The notes beneath the pieces were generated by a model that worked only from the letters and a program-made list of their open reading frames with translations, was not told where the DNA came from and ran no database searches. Source: Candidatus Poribacteria bacterium (GTDB lineage Bacteria > Poribacteria > WGA-4E > PCPOR2b). Taken from it: DNA of 64,000 bases. The position numbers and the translations under genes are program-made. The stretch spans positions 224,001-288,000 of the forward strand of contig OZ242351.1 in assembly GCA_965208675.1 (NCBI GenBank), read 5' to 3'. Numbering within the stretch: position 1 is the stretch's first letter; every line of letters starts with the position of its first letter. This document shows positions 1 through 10,836 of this stretch, one piece after another.

Positions 1-679
1 GTGGACTGAACCCATTACCTGCTCTTGCGGAATTGATGTTGTACCGCTCACGTTGAGTACCTCCATGCTTTGTAACGTGATTCAAAATTGTACGTTTTGA
101 ATCATCGGTTGCAATGTCCCACATTTGCCTTGATTGCGAACTGTTTCGATACATCGCCGGCCCCTCGTTTTACTGCAAATGGGTGCCAACCGATTTACCC
201 ATCCCGATAAAGTCCCCCCAGCGCCAAATCCGCCGCAAAGATTTCTCCAACTAGCGGTGCATTGTAGTTGGAAAACAATGCCCGATTCGCATCATTTCAG
301 GCGGATATTGCCTGAAACGGGGATACGGAAAAGTGTGCCCCGAAATTTAGTTCCAACATCTTGGAGATCGGGGTCTGTGGTGCAATGGTTATTTTGTCTA
401 AAGGTGCGCAGGTGTCATTATTGGATTTCAAATTAGCTCCGGGGCAAACATCAACGATAATTGTAAATTAATCCCAGCCAAATGTCCAGTGTATTGCGGA
501 CAGAGATTAGAATAAAATGTTGGCCCCTGATTGGTATATTTTTGGGATGACAAACGAAGGACGTTTTGATAAAATCTGCCAACGCAACGCGTACAAGTAT
601 TCGCAGGAAAAACGGGCAAAATATGGGCTGGACGCCAACGATTGACTCCAAAATCTTAGGGCTTGGTGAGAGGTCGTAG

Positions 680-928
680 ATGAATCAGAAGCTGTTTCGA
701 CTTGTCGATCTTGAACATGACCAAGAGATTGGAATAATCACTGAAAATCAGGTTCAATTCTTGATTGAGAATCTTGAGGAGGGAGGTATTGAGGACCAAG
801 ACTATTACATTGATGAAGAAACATACGACTTTCTTGCCGAGAACGGATGCGAAGAAGAATTGCTAGAAATGCTCGCCGAAACCCTCGAGGGCAGAGATGA
901 AATCGACATTCGATACGAATTGATGTAA
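680..928 (+). CDS. small acidic hypothetical protein
   Basis: 82 aa ORF with upstream GAGAGG RBS; very D/E-rich (…IEDQDYYIDEETYDFL…). Confidence 0.75.
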   Translation: MNQKLFRLVDLEHDQEIGIITENQVQFLIENLEEGGIEDQDYYIDEETYDFLAENGCEEELLEMLAETLEGRDEIDIRYELM

Positions 929-930
929 TT

Positions 931-1082
931 TGGACTTACGCACTTCAGATTAAAGTTACCAGACTCATAAGGTGTCGAAGGGCATTGTCAACGCTATACC
1001 CGCCGTAGGCGGGGCATCTTGCCCTGCATTCGTGATGAAGCATCGAATTACGACACCTCATCCTTCAACTGTGTAAGTCCTG
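931..1082. mobile_element. MITE-like element (~150 bp)
   Basis: Terminal inverted repeats GGACTTACGCA (932) / TGTGTAAGTCC (1070-1080); internal IR AGGTGTCG/CGACACCT; contains a GTAG-type REP-like unit at 1005-1027. Confidence 0.65.
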
Positions 1083-1238
1083 ATAATGAAATTTACGAAT
1101 CATTATGTCCAAATCATTATGTTGGATACAACTTTTTGTCTTGAAGCAACATTTGAAGTCCTTTGCTGCCTGCATTTCACACTCCGCTCAATCGGCAAGG
1201 ATATAGTCGCAGAAACGACAAAACCGTGGAATTTTTTC

Positions 1239-1267
1239 TTGCGTTTTTAGCATAATGATGTTAAAAT
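1239..1267 (+). promoter_or_regulatory. sigma70-type promoter for tRNA-Ala
   Basis: TTGCGT-17bp-TAAAAT with TG extended -10, 15 nt upstream of the tRNA. Confidence 0.6.
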
Positions 1268-1282
1268 TAACCTTGTTCAAGT

Positions 1283-1358
<76 letters not shown>

Positions 1359-1423
1359 TTTTTTTGCCCGCCTCATGCTCTGCACATTTGTGCCAATGGC
1401 ATTATTTTGCGTTTTCCCCGCCG

Positions 1424-1900
1424 CTATTGTTTGACACTGTCTCTTTTCTTGTCTTTTGGCGAGGTTGTCCCTAAGCGGCGGGGCGTTAATCCGTTTTCTA
1501 ACACCCCCAAGATTGTCAAGTGCAATTGCGCACGATACGGCAATTCTTCGATGAGTTTATCTTCCGTAGATTTTATCTTCGCCTCTTCGTCTAAACGGCT
1601 TTGACGTAGTTTTTTCAACGTCTCCCCAATTTCGTCTTCGGATACGGCTAAATCCTTGGCAAGTCGATTTAGTAGGCGTAGGTTTTCGACAGCCTTAATG
1701 CGTTTTTGGCGTTTAAGTTCCCAAAGCGCTTTTATCTTCTTCGTTTGGTCAGTTGATACCCCGAGCTCTGCCAAGGTAATCCCTCTGCTTTCGTTCGTTT
1801 CCTCTGCCATTTGCGCCCATGCCCACATGCCAACCAGTACGGTGCAGGCAATGATTGATATGAGCAAACTCACGAAGAAGCGTGTATGGTCTCTTAGCAT
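1424..1900 (-). CDS. exported helical protein, Spy/CpxP-like
   Basis: ATG at 1900 with GAGG RBS; N-terminal hydrophobic segment, then LGVSTDQ..KIK helical pattern. Confidence 0.55.
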   Translation of the reverse strand: MLRDHTRFFVSLLISIIACTVLVGMWAWAQMAEETNESRGITLAELGVSTDQTKKIKALWELKRQKRIKAVENLRLLNRLAKDLAVSEDEIGETLKKLRQSRLDEEAKIKSTEDKLIEELPYRAQLHLTILGVLENGLTPRRLGTTSPKDKKRDSVKQ

Positions 1901-2170
1901 ATTGCACCTCCAGTTAGTCGTCATAACCGAAGAATCCCTTTAACCTTGATGTGCGCCATCGTTGATTCAGCGTGCTTTCAACCTGTCCCCTAAACCGTTG
2001 CAGCCATGCGCTGGCAACTCATGCATTGTAAGAAGCATACCACAGTTGTCCTGAACCGTCAAGCGGCGAGAAGTGTAGTGCCGGATAAACATTGCATCGC
2101 AAAAGTCGATATGAGATAATGTTAGCCTACTGAAGGTTCAATTGTATCCCAAGTCAATAAGGAGACGGAT

Positions 2171-2449
2171 GTGTTGGAAACGATTCGCGAATTAGTCATT
2201 TTACTTCAAACTGGAATTGAGGACTACGAAGGACAGTTAAAGACACTACAGGAAGAGCGGTTGAAATATATTCGCCTATCCCAATCAAACGGATTTGGCA
2301 CAGATGAAAACTCCTCAAACGAATCTTGGCTGCTCCATCTAAAACAGCTTGAGGATTCACTGGAACTCCGCGTTAATGCACTCAAACAGGCCATCAAAGA
2401 AATCGCAGATGATATTACGTCAACGGAAAATAAAAATACGGATGCCTAA
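2171..2449 (+). CDS. coiled-coil hypothetical protein
   Basis: 92 aa ORF with AAGGAG RBS; heptad-rich. Confidence 0.7.
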   Translation: MLETIRELVILLQTGIEDYEGQLKTLQEERLKYIRLSQSNGFGTDENSSNESWLLHLKQLEDSLELRVNALKQAIKEIADDITSTENKNTDA

Positions 2450-2550
2450 CAGGTATGCCGTGAGCAAAGGATTATCGCAGCTAATGATGCCTGAAAGCAT
2501 TCCAACACATTTCAACTACCGCAGCGTGAAACCGAATGGTGGATTTTAGG

Positions 2551-3224
2551 ATGAACGCTGAACCACGTTATAACGACACATATTACAAATTCACCCAGGT
2601 CGAATCACGGATAATAAATCTGAGAGCAGGCACTGAAATTAATCTGAAAGATGTTGACCCTCCGCTCGATTGGAATCAGGTCTTTGGCAATGGCAATCCC
2701 GTCGAAATCGAAATTGGGTGCGGCAAGGGGCGATTTCTGGGCAAATCCGCAAAGCGGCATCCAGACATTAATTATGTCGGCGTAGAGAGAGCCCCAAAAT
2801 ATGTTCAACGAACAAAGGCACACCTCTTGAAACAAAACGTCACAGGGGCGCTTCTTGTGTGGAGCGACGCGTCATATTTTATAAATCGTTTTGTTGCGCG
2901 GGGCTCAGTCAAGACCTATCATGTCTACTTTCCCGACCCTGGCCGAAAAAACGTCAGCACAAACGCCGAATCTTTAACAACAAACATTTCATTAAAGGCT
3001 TAGTCCGGACCCTCGATTCAAAAGTAGGTTGCATCCAACTCGCTACTGATATTCCGGAATGTTATTCTGAGATCTGTCTAAGATTAAACCAGTTCCCGTC
3101 TTTAGTGTCTGTGCCATTTGACGCAGTAAGAGCCGACCGCATTCGAACGTGTTTTGAGATTAAGTACCTTGCGGAAGGTCGGAAAATCTATCGAGCAGCG
3201 TACCGCAGGCGGAATCTCAATTAA
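2551..3224 (+). pseudogene. trmB: tRNA (guanine-N7)-methyltransferase TrmB, frameshifted
   Basis: EIGCGKG and GVE motifs in frame 1; the conserved FPDPWPKKRH motif is split at ~2937-2940 (one base missing in GACCCT-GG) and continues as WPKKRQHKRRI…LATD…TCFEIKY in another frame. Confidence 0.85.
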
Positions 3225-3313
3225 AAGTTAGCAGGTCAGCCGCACACGGAATAGCGGTATTCGGAATACCGAACTTCAAGCGATTGTTTCCGATAGCACC
3301 GCGAAAGTCGAAT

Positions 3314-4475
3314 ATGAGCAACTGGACGATATGGCGAGAACAGTTTCCCGTAACGAAAAAGTATATCTACCTCAACCACGCCGGAGTGTCGCCGTTATCA
3401 CTGCGCGTGCGCCAGGCAATGCACGATTTCTTGGACGACTCTGTCGATAACGGCGCCGTCAATGTGGCTAACTGGACCGCGGCAGCAGAATCCTGCCGAC
3501 GTGCCGCCGCTCAGCTAATCAATGCCGATGCCAGCGAAATTGCGTTCATGAAAAACACGACGCAAGGACTCATCATCGCCGCAAACGGGATAGATTGGCG
3601 GCAAGGCGATAATGTCGTGACCGCATCCGTAGAATTTCCCGCTAATGTTTACCCTTGGTGGAACTTGAAAGCGCGTTACGGCGTAGAGACGCGCATGGTG
3701 CAGGAAAAGCACGGGCAGATTTTTATTGAGGACATTGAGGCGGCAATTGATGCACGCACGCGCGTTGTCACAATCAGTCATATTGAGTTTGCGTCGGGGT
3801 TTCGGAACGACATTGCGGCAATTGGTGAAATTTGCCGAAGGAAAGACATCTGGTTTGTCGTGGATGCGATTCAGAGCCTTGGTGCGATTGATTTAGACGT
3901 GAGGGCTTGTAATATCGATATTCTGGCGGCTGATGGGCACAAATGGTTGCTCGCTCCCGAAGGCGCGGCGATTTTCTATTGCGCCAAGGAGAAACAGGAT
4001 AGATTAATTAACACCAATGTCGGCTGGGCGGGCGTGGTAAACCCTAGGGATTTTCTAAATTATGATATCACGCCGAAACCGGATGCCACTCGGTTTGAAG
4101 AGGGATCTTACAATACCGTTGGATTATACGGACTCTGCGCCGCGATTGAACTGTTGTTGGAGGTTGGCATTGCAAGCATTGAAGCGCGTGTATTGAATCT
4201 GACGAAACGGTTAATCGACGGACTCCAATCTAAGGCGTATAGAGTCATTACGCCAAGACTTGAATCCAAACGATCCGGAATCGTCGCTTTTGAAAGCGGA
4301 ACATATTCAACAACTGAGCTTTATAACCGCCTTCAGCGTGAAAACGTGAACTGAGCTTTATAACCGCCTTCAGCGTGAAAACGTGATTGTTGCTGAACGC
4401 CGCGGCGTACGTGTTTCCCCGCATTTCTATAACTCCGAAGCGGAAATTGACCGTGTGCTGGAGTTGTTACCGTGA
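3314..4475 (+). pseudogene. class V PLP aminotransferase (cysteine desulfurase-like) interrupted near its 3' end
   Basis: YLNHAG, VDAIQ and DGHKWL motifs; ORF stops at 4354 owing to a 37-bp duplication; normal C-terminus VRVSPHFYNSEAEIDR follows out of frame to TGA 4475. Confidence 0.85.
4312..4385 (+). repeat. perfect 37-bp tandem duplication
   Basis: AACTGAGCTTTATAACCGCCTTCAGCGTGAAAACGTG at 4312 and 4349. Confidence 0.95.
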
Positions 4476-4635
4476 GAGATTCGCTCGAATCAGAATCCTG
4501 CGCGTTGTGAATAAGGGAAGGGGGCAGTAACTAAGTTATTTTATTGGAAACTCGGTTTCTTTATAAGCTCCGTGGCTATCGCCGCCTCACTAACTCCAAA
4601 ATTAAAAACCACTTAAACGATAAAGGAGTTTTTAA

Positions 4636-5073
4636 ATGATTAAAATAAAGATATTAGCCGTGTTACTAATCGCTTGGATTTCAGTTTCCTTTTTGGGATG
4701 CGGTGATAGTGATGACGGGCTTATTGATCCGGTTGGTCCCGGCGATGAGCACGGGTTGATGTACGACGATCCGGCACAGGCTGGCAGGCCCGTTCCTTCA
4801 TTCTCGAACGACATTCTGCCGATCCTCACTCAGCGGTGTGCACTGTCCGGGTGCCACGTTGCTGGCGGACAGCACGGTGTCGATCTCAGGACGTATGAAA
4901 CCCTTAAAAAAGGAGGAGAACACGGCGCAATCATAATTGCCGGCAATGCGGGTGAAAGCGAATTAGTCGATGAGATTGTTGAGGGCAACATGCCGTTAGG
5001 CGGGCCGCGGCTGAAAACCGCTCAAATCCAACTCATTATTGACTGGGTCAACTCGGGCGCAAAGAACGATTGA
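4636..5073 (+). CDS. lipoprotein with Planctomycete-type cytochrome c domain
   Basis: Lipobox FLGC; SFSNDILPIL..RCALSGCH…IIAGNAGESEL…MP…IIDWVNSGA; AAGGAG RBS. Confidence 0.8.
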   Translation: MIKIKILAVLLIAWISVSFLGCGDSDDGLIDPVGPGDEHGLMYDDPAQAGRPVPSFSNDILPILTQRCALSGCHVAGGQHGVDLRTYETLKKGGEHGAIIIAGNAGESELVDEIVEGNMPLGGPRLKTAQIQLIIDWVNSGAKND

Positions 5074-5119
5074 ATCCGAAGCGCTTCCGAGTTCGTTATT
5101 ACGAGTGCGTACTCATTCC

Positions 5120-5185
5120 GCTCCCTACCAAGGAGGGGAGACAAAACTCATTCCCCTCCTTACCAAGGAGGGGTTAGGGGAGGTT
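5120..5185. repeat. REP-like palindromic repeat (CCCCTCCTTACCAAGGAGGGG family)
   Basis: Two adjacent hairpins; related degenerate copy at ~41555-41620. Confidence 0.6.
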
Positions 5186-5242
5186 AACCGAAATACCACC
5201 GTTTGCCTAAACGCCATATTTTCAAAAAGAGAACATCAAACC

Positions 5243-6043
5243 ATGAACGACGCCGAAAAATATCTCTTTGACCTTAACGGTTATCTCGTCGTCGAGGGCG
5301 TGCTTCCACCCGACGAAGTCGCCCGCGCCAACGAAGCCATTGACCGTCATTGGCATCAGAATAAAATTCGTGCTCGCGAGGAAACCTTGGACGGCGGCTC
5401 AACGTCGCTCCGAGGAGATCAGGGACGCGGAGAACTGGGCAATATGCTCGATTGGGAAGAGCCGTGGTGCAACCCTTTCCGAGAAATGTTGGCGCATCCA
5501 CGGATTGTCCCTTATCTTCATCAACTCCTCGGCAAAGGTTTTCGGATGGATCATCCGATGATTCTTTTGTCAATGGAAAAAGGAGCGGAAGGCTTTCTGT
5601 TTCACGGGTCTTCAGGTCCCGGCTTTGATCCAAACCAATATTACATCGTCCGCGATGGCAAGATGCATAACGGGCTTACGGTTGTGGCATTTCAACTCAT
5701 GGATGTGAATCCGGGTGACGGGGGGTTGATTGTCATCCCCGGTAGCCACAAGAGCAACTTCCCGTGCCCCGAAGAGATACGCCGCTACCAAAACTTTCAA
5801 GAACACGTTCGGCAGGTTGTCTGCAAAGCCGGAGATGTGGTTATTTTCACTGAAGCGGTCACGCACGGGACGCTGCCTTGGACTTCAGATCGTCCGCGTC
5901 GGTCGATATTGATGCGGTACACCACCGGAAACATGGCGTATGTTCCCGCATACCCCATCCCTGAATGGGCAAATGAGCGGGAGCGAACCGTGATGGAACC
6001 GCCGTACCATACGCGCCTAAACCGCCCAGTGTTGGACGAATAG
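5243..6043 (+). CDS. phytanoyl-CoA dioxygenase family (Fe/2OG) protein
   Basis: KYLFDLNGYLVVEGVL start, GGLIVIPGSHKSNF, KAGDVVIFTEAVTHGTLPW. Confidence 0.88.
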   Translation: MNDAEKYLFDLNGYLVVEGVLPPDEVARANEAIDRHWHQNKIRAREETLDGGSTSLRGDQGRGELGNMLDWEEPWCNPFREMLAHPRIVPYLHQLLGKGFRMDHPMILLSMEKGAEGFLFHGSSGPGFDPNQYYIVRDGKMHNGLTVVAFQLMDVNPGDGGLIVIPGSHKSNFPCPEEIRRYQNFQEHVRQVVCKAGDVVIFTEAVTHGTLPWTSDRPRRSILMRYTTGNMAYVPAYPIPEWANERERTVMEPPYHTRLNRPVLDE

Positions 6044-6149
6044 AACTAAGAGATCGACATTTCGCGAAATATTTCTGTCTAACAGTTGGGTGTATTGGCA
6101 TTTTGGTGTTGCCAATTCAAAAAAGCGGCCGTGTAAATTGCCAAAAACC

Positions 6150-6235
6150 TAGTTGGGTGAGACGCGCGGCCTATAAGCGCAACCACGAGAATTGCCCCTA
6201 CAAGGACGATGTGGGGGCAGGTCTTGTGTCTGCCT
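6150..6235. repeat. REP-like units (GTAG-type)
   Basis: Minus strand GTAGGGGCAATTCTCGTGGTTGCGC and plus strand GGGGCAGGTCTTGTGTCTGCC hairpins between convergent genes. Confidence 0.5.
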
Positions 6236-6259
6236 AAAAAATTTTGCCGGTGGTAAAAG

Positions 6260-7132
6260 CTAATCATCGTCGATATTCATCGAAAACCGCGCCCAAACCG
6301 GGCGGCGGTCGCTCACCGCTTGTGATGCGGCCAGGTCCTTATTCGCCCAATCCTTTTCATCGAACTTATCAATCCCGCATTCGCCTGTGTACTCCGAGGT
6401 ATGCCCGCTCTGGAAAAAGATGTTGTCGAAAAGGCTGGTATCTTCGATATGAGATGTTAACGGTAAGTCAAACAGATTGATCATCGAGGGAATTGACTCG
6501 AGCCGCGCAAAGGCCCGGCTGTCGTCCGGATTGCGGTTGAAGTCTCCGAGAAGAATTACGTCATTTTCGTTTGCGTCCGCATGTTGAACCTGCCGGTAAA
6601 CATCCGCAAGGCTTTGTATTTCTCGTTGCCTCTCCTCCACCTTCCCCCAAACCACCCGCACTACAATTGCCGTGAAATCGAAACTGCCCGCACGAAACGT
6701 AGCGAAGTACGGATCGCGGATAAAGTCTTCCTCACCGTCCGCACCATCGTCATACAACTGCCCCGGCGCGGAAACTGTAACGAATTGCGGGTCATAAAGG
6801 AACGCAAACCGCTCGGTCATGTGACGCCCTACCGCGGGGCTGATGAGATACTCGTATCTTCGTCCCATCTCCTCCAACTGCGTAACGGTACGCTTCAACA
6901 CCTGTTCATCGCGTAACTCCACCAGCGCCGCAATGTCATAGCCGATAAGCACGTCTGCAATAAGCTTCACGTCGGCGGCATCCCGGCTTTTATCGCTAAA
7001 GACGCGGATGTTCCACGCTGCCACATCAACCGTGTGCTTCTCAACCTGCTTTTCGCAACCCAAACTCGACACTGCCATCGTCGCGCCAAGAAGAATAATG
7101 TGAATCCAGCCGCATCGGAAAAACTTTAACAT
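6260..7132 (-). CDS. DNase I-like endonuclease/exonuclease/phosphatase (EEP) family lipoprotein
   Basis: Lipobox SLGC; AWNI, ERFAFLY, FIRDPYFATF, LGDFN, FDNIF motifs; both His positions appear as Arg. Confidence 0.85.
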   Translation of the reverse strand: MLKFFRCGWIHIILLGATMAVSSLGCEKQVEKHTVDVAAWNIRVFSDKSRDAADVKLIADVLIGYDIAALVELRDEQVLKRTVTQLEEMGRRYEYLISPAVGRHMTERFAFLYDPQFVTVSAPGQLYDDGADGEEDFIRDPYFATFRAGSFDFTAIVVRVVWGKVEERQREIQSLADVYRQVQHADANENDVILLGDFNRNPDDSRAFARLESIPSMINLFDLPLTSHIEDTSLFDNIFFQSGHTSEYTGECGIDKFDEKDWANKDLAASQAVSDRRPVWARFSMNIDDD

Positions 7133-7363
7133 TGCTATAATATTCCCTAAACTATGTGATATAATTGCGAGCGGTTTAGCTTTCGCTCAATAAGAGTGCG
7201 CACCGCCGATTGCATATCTTATACATGGTCAAATAACGAATGTCAAGGACTTATTTCGGGGATATTTTCAGGCATCTGAGGTTGAAATCACCGGCGTCTT
7301 TTGTAATTATTGCGGACACGCGCAACGCTTCGCGCATACGTTCCGGCGGCGAAGAAATTGACT

Positions 7364-7398
7364 AAAAACCAAGTTTTTTCTTCAAAACTCGGTTTCTT
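7364..7398. repeat. AAACCGAGTTTT…AAAACTCGGTTTCT palindromic repeat
   Basis: Related copies at ~4547-4561 and ~34200-34233. Confidence 0.6.
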
Positions 7399-7604
7399 AA
7401 CGCAACGGTTTTAACGGCGAAATTCCATTGAGATTTGATGCGTCTTGTGCTACCATAAGATGTCATTCCCGCAAACTCCAGTTCGGCAATGGGGAGGAGG
7501 TGTGGAGTGTATCCCTCATTAATAGAGTGAAGGTGTGTGGATGGAGAAAATTAATCAACCTTAACTTATGCAACATCACCTTAGAAACCATTAGGAGTAA
7601 CATC

Positions 7605-10316
7605 ATGTCCAAGTCTATGCACAATCTGTGGAATACGCTTCGTTCATTTGAATGCGGTGGGGTGCAACGCCAATACTACTCGATTTCAACGTTAGAGGAA
7701 CAAGGGGTTGGTCCAATTTCTCGGTTGCCCGTGAGTCTGCGGATTGTGCTTGAATCGCTGTTGAGAAATTATGATAACCGGCAGATAACAGAACAAGATG
7801 TCGAAAACCTGGCAAATTGGGACGCGAAAACGCCTAAACCTGTCGAAATCCCCTTTAAACCTGCGCGCGTCATAGCTCAAGATTTCACGGGCGTACCGCT
7901 TCTCGTTGATCTCGCCGCGATGCGATCGGCTGTCGATGAACTCAACGGCAATCCGCAAATTATCGAACCGGTCATTCCGGTCGATTTGGTGATAGATCAT
8001 TCTGTGCAGGTCGATGCTTACCGCTCTGAAAACGCCCTGCTAATCAATACCAGAATCGAATTTGAACGGAACAAAGAGCGGTACGAATTTCTTAAGTGGG
8101 GGCAGGGCGCATTTAACAGTTTCAAGATAGTTCCGCCGTCAATCGGCATCGTGCATCAGGTGAATCTGGAATATCTGGCGAGGCTCGTCGTAGATAGCCG
8201 CCTTAACGGAAGTGGCGTGGCTTACCCGGACACCTTGGTAGGAACTGATTCCCACACAACCATGATCAACGGTTTGGGAATCGTCGGTTGGGGGGTCGGC
8301 GGTATTGAAGCCGAAGCCGCCATGTTAGGTCAGCCGGTATACATCTTAACGCCGGAGGTGGTCGGGGTAAACTTGAGCGGCTCGCTGCATGATGGCGTCA
8401 CGGCGACGGACCTTGTCTTAACGGTCACACAGAGGTTGCGTGAGACCAAAGTTGTCGGTAAGTTCGTCGAATTCTTCGGTGAAGGCGTCGAAGCCCTCTC
8501 TCTGCCGGATCGTGCGACCATCTCAAACATGTGTCCCGAATACGGCGCCACAATCGGCTTTTTCCCCCCTGACGCCGAAACGATGCGTTACCTCAACCAA
8601 ACCGGCAGAGACGAATCACAGGTTGCGCTGGTGGAGGAGTATCTCAAACGGCAGCAGTTGTTGGGTATCCCCAAGACCGGAGATATAGATTATTCTTCCG
8701 TTTTGACCATCGAACTCGATGCGATTGAACCGAGCATTTCGGGGCCCAAGCGGCCGCAGGATCGCATTGTTATCTCAAAAGTCAAAGACACCTTCGCCAA
8801 TCTCTTGAAGCAGCCGATTACGGATGGCGGCTACGGACTTTCTGAATCCGACTTTCCTCGGCGCCGAAGCGAACCTACTCAAGGCGAGCAAATAACGCAC
8901 GGGTCCGTCGTCATTGCCGCCATCACTAGTTGCACCAACACTAGCAATCCGTCCGTGATGATTGGAGCCGGACTACTGGCGAAGAAAGCCGTCGAGCACG
9001 GTCTCCGCGTTCCCGATTATGTCAAAACCAGCTTGGCGCCCGGTTCGCGGGTTGTCACGGAGTATCTAAGCCAAACCGGATTGCTCGGTTATCTTGAAAA
9101 GTTGGGGTTTGGGCTAGTCGGATACGGCTGCACCACTTGCATCGGTAACAGCGGCCCTTTAGATGAAACTGTCCAACGCAGAATTGACGAGGATAACTTA
9201 GTTACCGCCAGCGTTCTCAGCGGCAACCGCAATTTTGAAGCGCGCGTCCACCGAGATGTCAAAGCCAACTTTTTAATGTCGCCGCCGCTTGTAGTCGCTT
9301 ACGCGCTGGCTGGCACCATTGATATTGACCTTAATGGCGAACCGTTGGGATATTCTGATGCGGGTGCGCCCGTATACCTCGCCGATGTCTGGCCCGCGAG
9401 CCGCGAGATTGCCGAATTGGTGAGCCAGTCGGTTGATCCAGCCTCGTTTAAACGTCTCTACGCAAAGATTGACGACCAAAGCCCGGAATGGGACAGGTTA
9501 GAACCGCCCGAAGGCGGAATTTATCGTTGGAGCGAGGCAAGTACATACATTCAGAAACCGCCGTTTTTTGAGAATTTTAAATTGCAGCCCGAATCCATTA
9601 CCGATATTAGGGGCGCGCGAGTCCTCGCACTGCTTGGCGATTCGGTGACGACCGACCACATCTCTCCGGCTGGCGCAATTGGTGCCGATAGCCCGGCTGG
9701 AAAATACCTGGTGAGTCGTAACATCCCGGTCAAAGACTTCAACACATACGGGGCGCGGCGCGGAAACGACCGCGTAATGACGCGCGGCACGTTTGCGAAC
9801 AATCGCGTCAAGAACTTGATGCTGCCCGGCGTCGAAGGCGGTTATACGCTTAAATTTCCCTCTAAAGAAAAATCTTCAATCTTTGACGCCGCGCAATATT
9901 ATGCCGAGCAAGGCACGCCGCTCGTCGTGTTTGCGGGCGCAGAGTACGGCTCCGGAAGTTCTCGGGATTGGGCGGCTAAAGGTGTTGCGCTGTTAGGCGT
10001 CCGTGCTGTCGTCGCCGAGAGTTTTGAGCGGATCCATCGGAGCAACCTGATTGGTATGGGGGTGCTGCCGTTACAGTTTCAGGGCGGCGAGAGCATTCAG
10101 TCTCTTAACCTAGCCGGAAGTGAAATCATCAATATCACCGGTATTGAAACCAATCTTAAACCCGGACAGACAGTCAACATGGCATATATTGACGACTCTG
10201 GCGCGCAGCGCCAGACACAATTGCTAGTTCGGATAGATACCCCGGTCGAAGTCGAATATTACCGGCACGGCGGAATCCTCAATTACGTCTTGAGAAATCT
10301 AATGGCATCAGAATAA
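7605..10316 (+). CDS. acnA: aconitate hydratase A
   Basis: [48 protein letters not shown] motifs; AGGAG RBS before ATG 7605. Confidence 0.98.
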   Translation: MSKSMHNLWNTLRSFECGGVQRQYYSISTLEEQGVGPISRLPVSLRIVLESLLRNYDNRQITEQDVENLANWDAKTPKPVEIPFKPARVIAQDFTGVPLLVDLAAMRSAVDELNGNPQIIEPVIPVDLVIDHSVQVDAYRSENALLINTRIEFERNKERYEFLKWGQGAFNSFKIVPPSIGIVHQVNLEYLARLVVDSRLNGSGVAYPDTLVGTDSHTTMINGLGIVGWGVGGIEAEAAMLGQPVYILTPEVVGVNLSGSLHDGVTATDLVLTVTQRLRETKVVGKFVEFFGEGVEALSLPDRATISNMCPEYGATIGFFPPDAETMRYLNQTGRDESQVALVEEYLKRQQLLGIPKTGDIDYSSVLTIELDAIEPSISGPKRPQDRIVISKVKDTFANLLKQPITDGGYGLSESDFPRRRSEPTQGEQITHGSVVIAAITSCTNTSNPSVMIGAGLLAKKAVEHGLRVPDYVKTSLAPGSRVVTEYLSQTGLLGYLEKLGFGLVGYGCTTCIGNSGPLDETVQRRIDEDNLVTASVLSGNRNFEARVHRDVKANFLMSPPLVVAYALAGTIDIDLNGEPLGYSDAGAPVYLADVWPASREIAELVSQSVDPASFKRLYAKIDDQSPEWDRLEPPEGGIYRWSEASTYIQKPPFFENFKLQPESITDIRGARVLALLGDSVTTDHISPAGAIGADSPAGKYLVSRNIPVKDFNTYGARRGNDRVMTRGTFANNRVKNLMLPGVEGGYTLKFPSKEKSSIFDAAQYYAEQGTPLVVFAGAEYGSGSSRDWAAKGVALLGVRAVVAESFERIHRSNLIGMGVLPLQFQGGESIQSLNLAGSEIINITGIETNLKPGQTVNMAYIDDSGAQRQTQLLVRIDTPVEVEYYRHGGILNYVLRNLMASE

Positions 10317-10370
10317 ACCGCGGAACGCCTAGCATCAACGAAAAAAAATCGAGTTTATGATGAGAGGACT

Positions 10371-10504
10371 TAAAACCTGTTTGAAAAGTCCGAATCCGTC
10401 TTCGAGGGAGGGTATTTTAAGGAAAATTCCTTGAAAATCCAATGATTTGGACCCTGTATGACCAAAAAAATGACTTTGCCATCTACTTTTCAAATAGGTT
10501 CTTA
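10371..10504. mobile_element. MITE-like element
   Basis: Imperfect TIRs AACCTGTTTGAAAAGT / ACTTTTCAAATAGGTT bracketing ~130 bp of non-coding DNA. Confidence 0.6.
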
Positions 10505-10507
10505 AGC

Positions 10508-10640
10508 CAAAGCCCCAGAGGGGCGATAGGTGTATAGAAATGACTATTCGCCATACATCTAAAGCCCCAGCGGGGCGACAGATTATAGCAACTCAAACGC
10601 CCAAGAATGGCTTTGCCGCCTATTATTCAAACAGGCTCTT
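10508..10640. repeat. AAGCCCCAG(A/C)GGGGCGA REP doublet plus 55-bp dispersed repeat
   Basis: Two hairpin units at ~10510 and ~10562; 10586-10640 recurs at 47953-48005. Confidence 0.65.
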
Positions 10641-10836
10641 GCGCAGTTCGGTTTGTATTAGCGCAATTCATTGTGCGTTAGCAGATACGTTACTATCCTG
10701 CACGTCGCCGGGCACGCTGTTTTGTGTAGAGACGGGCAAAAAAAGAGGACTCCTATCGCAGTCGCTATTCGCTCCCTTAATTCCTCTACGAACCATTGGC
10801 TGTTCACCCGCGTAAATCCAAATGGAGTAGACTAGA

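Noticed and set aside
134-651. Short ORFs in the first 650 bp
   Set aside because: No motifs or RBS and mutually overlapping; likely intergenic. A minus-strand gene may start near 66 but too little is visible to call.
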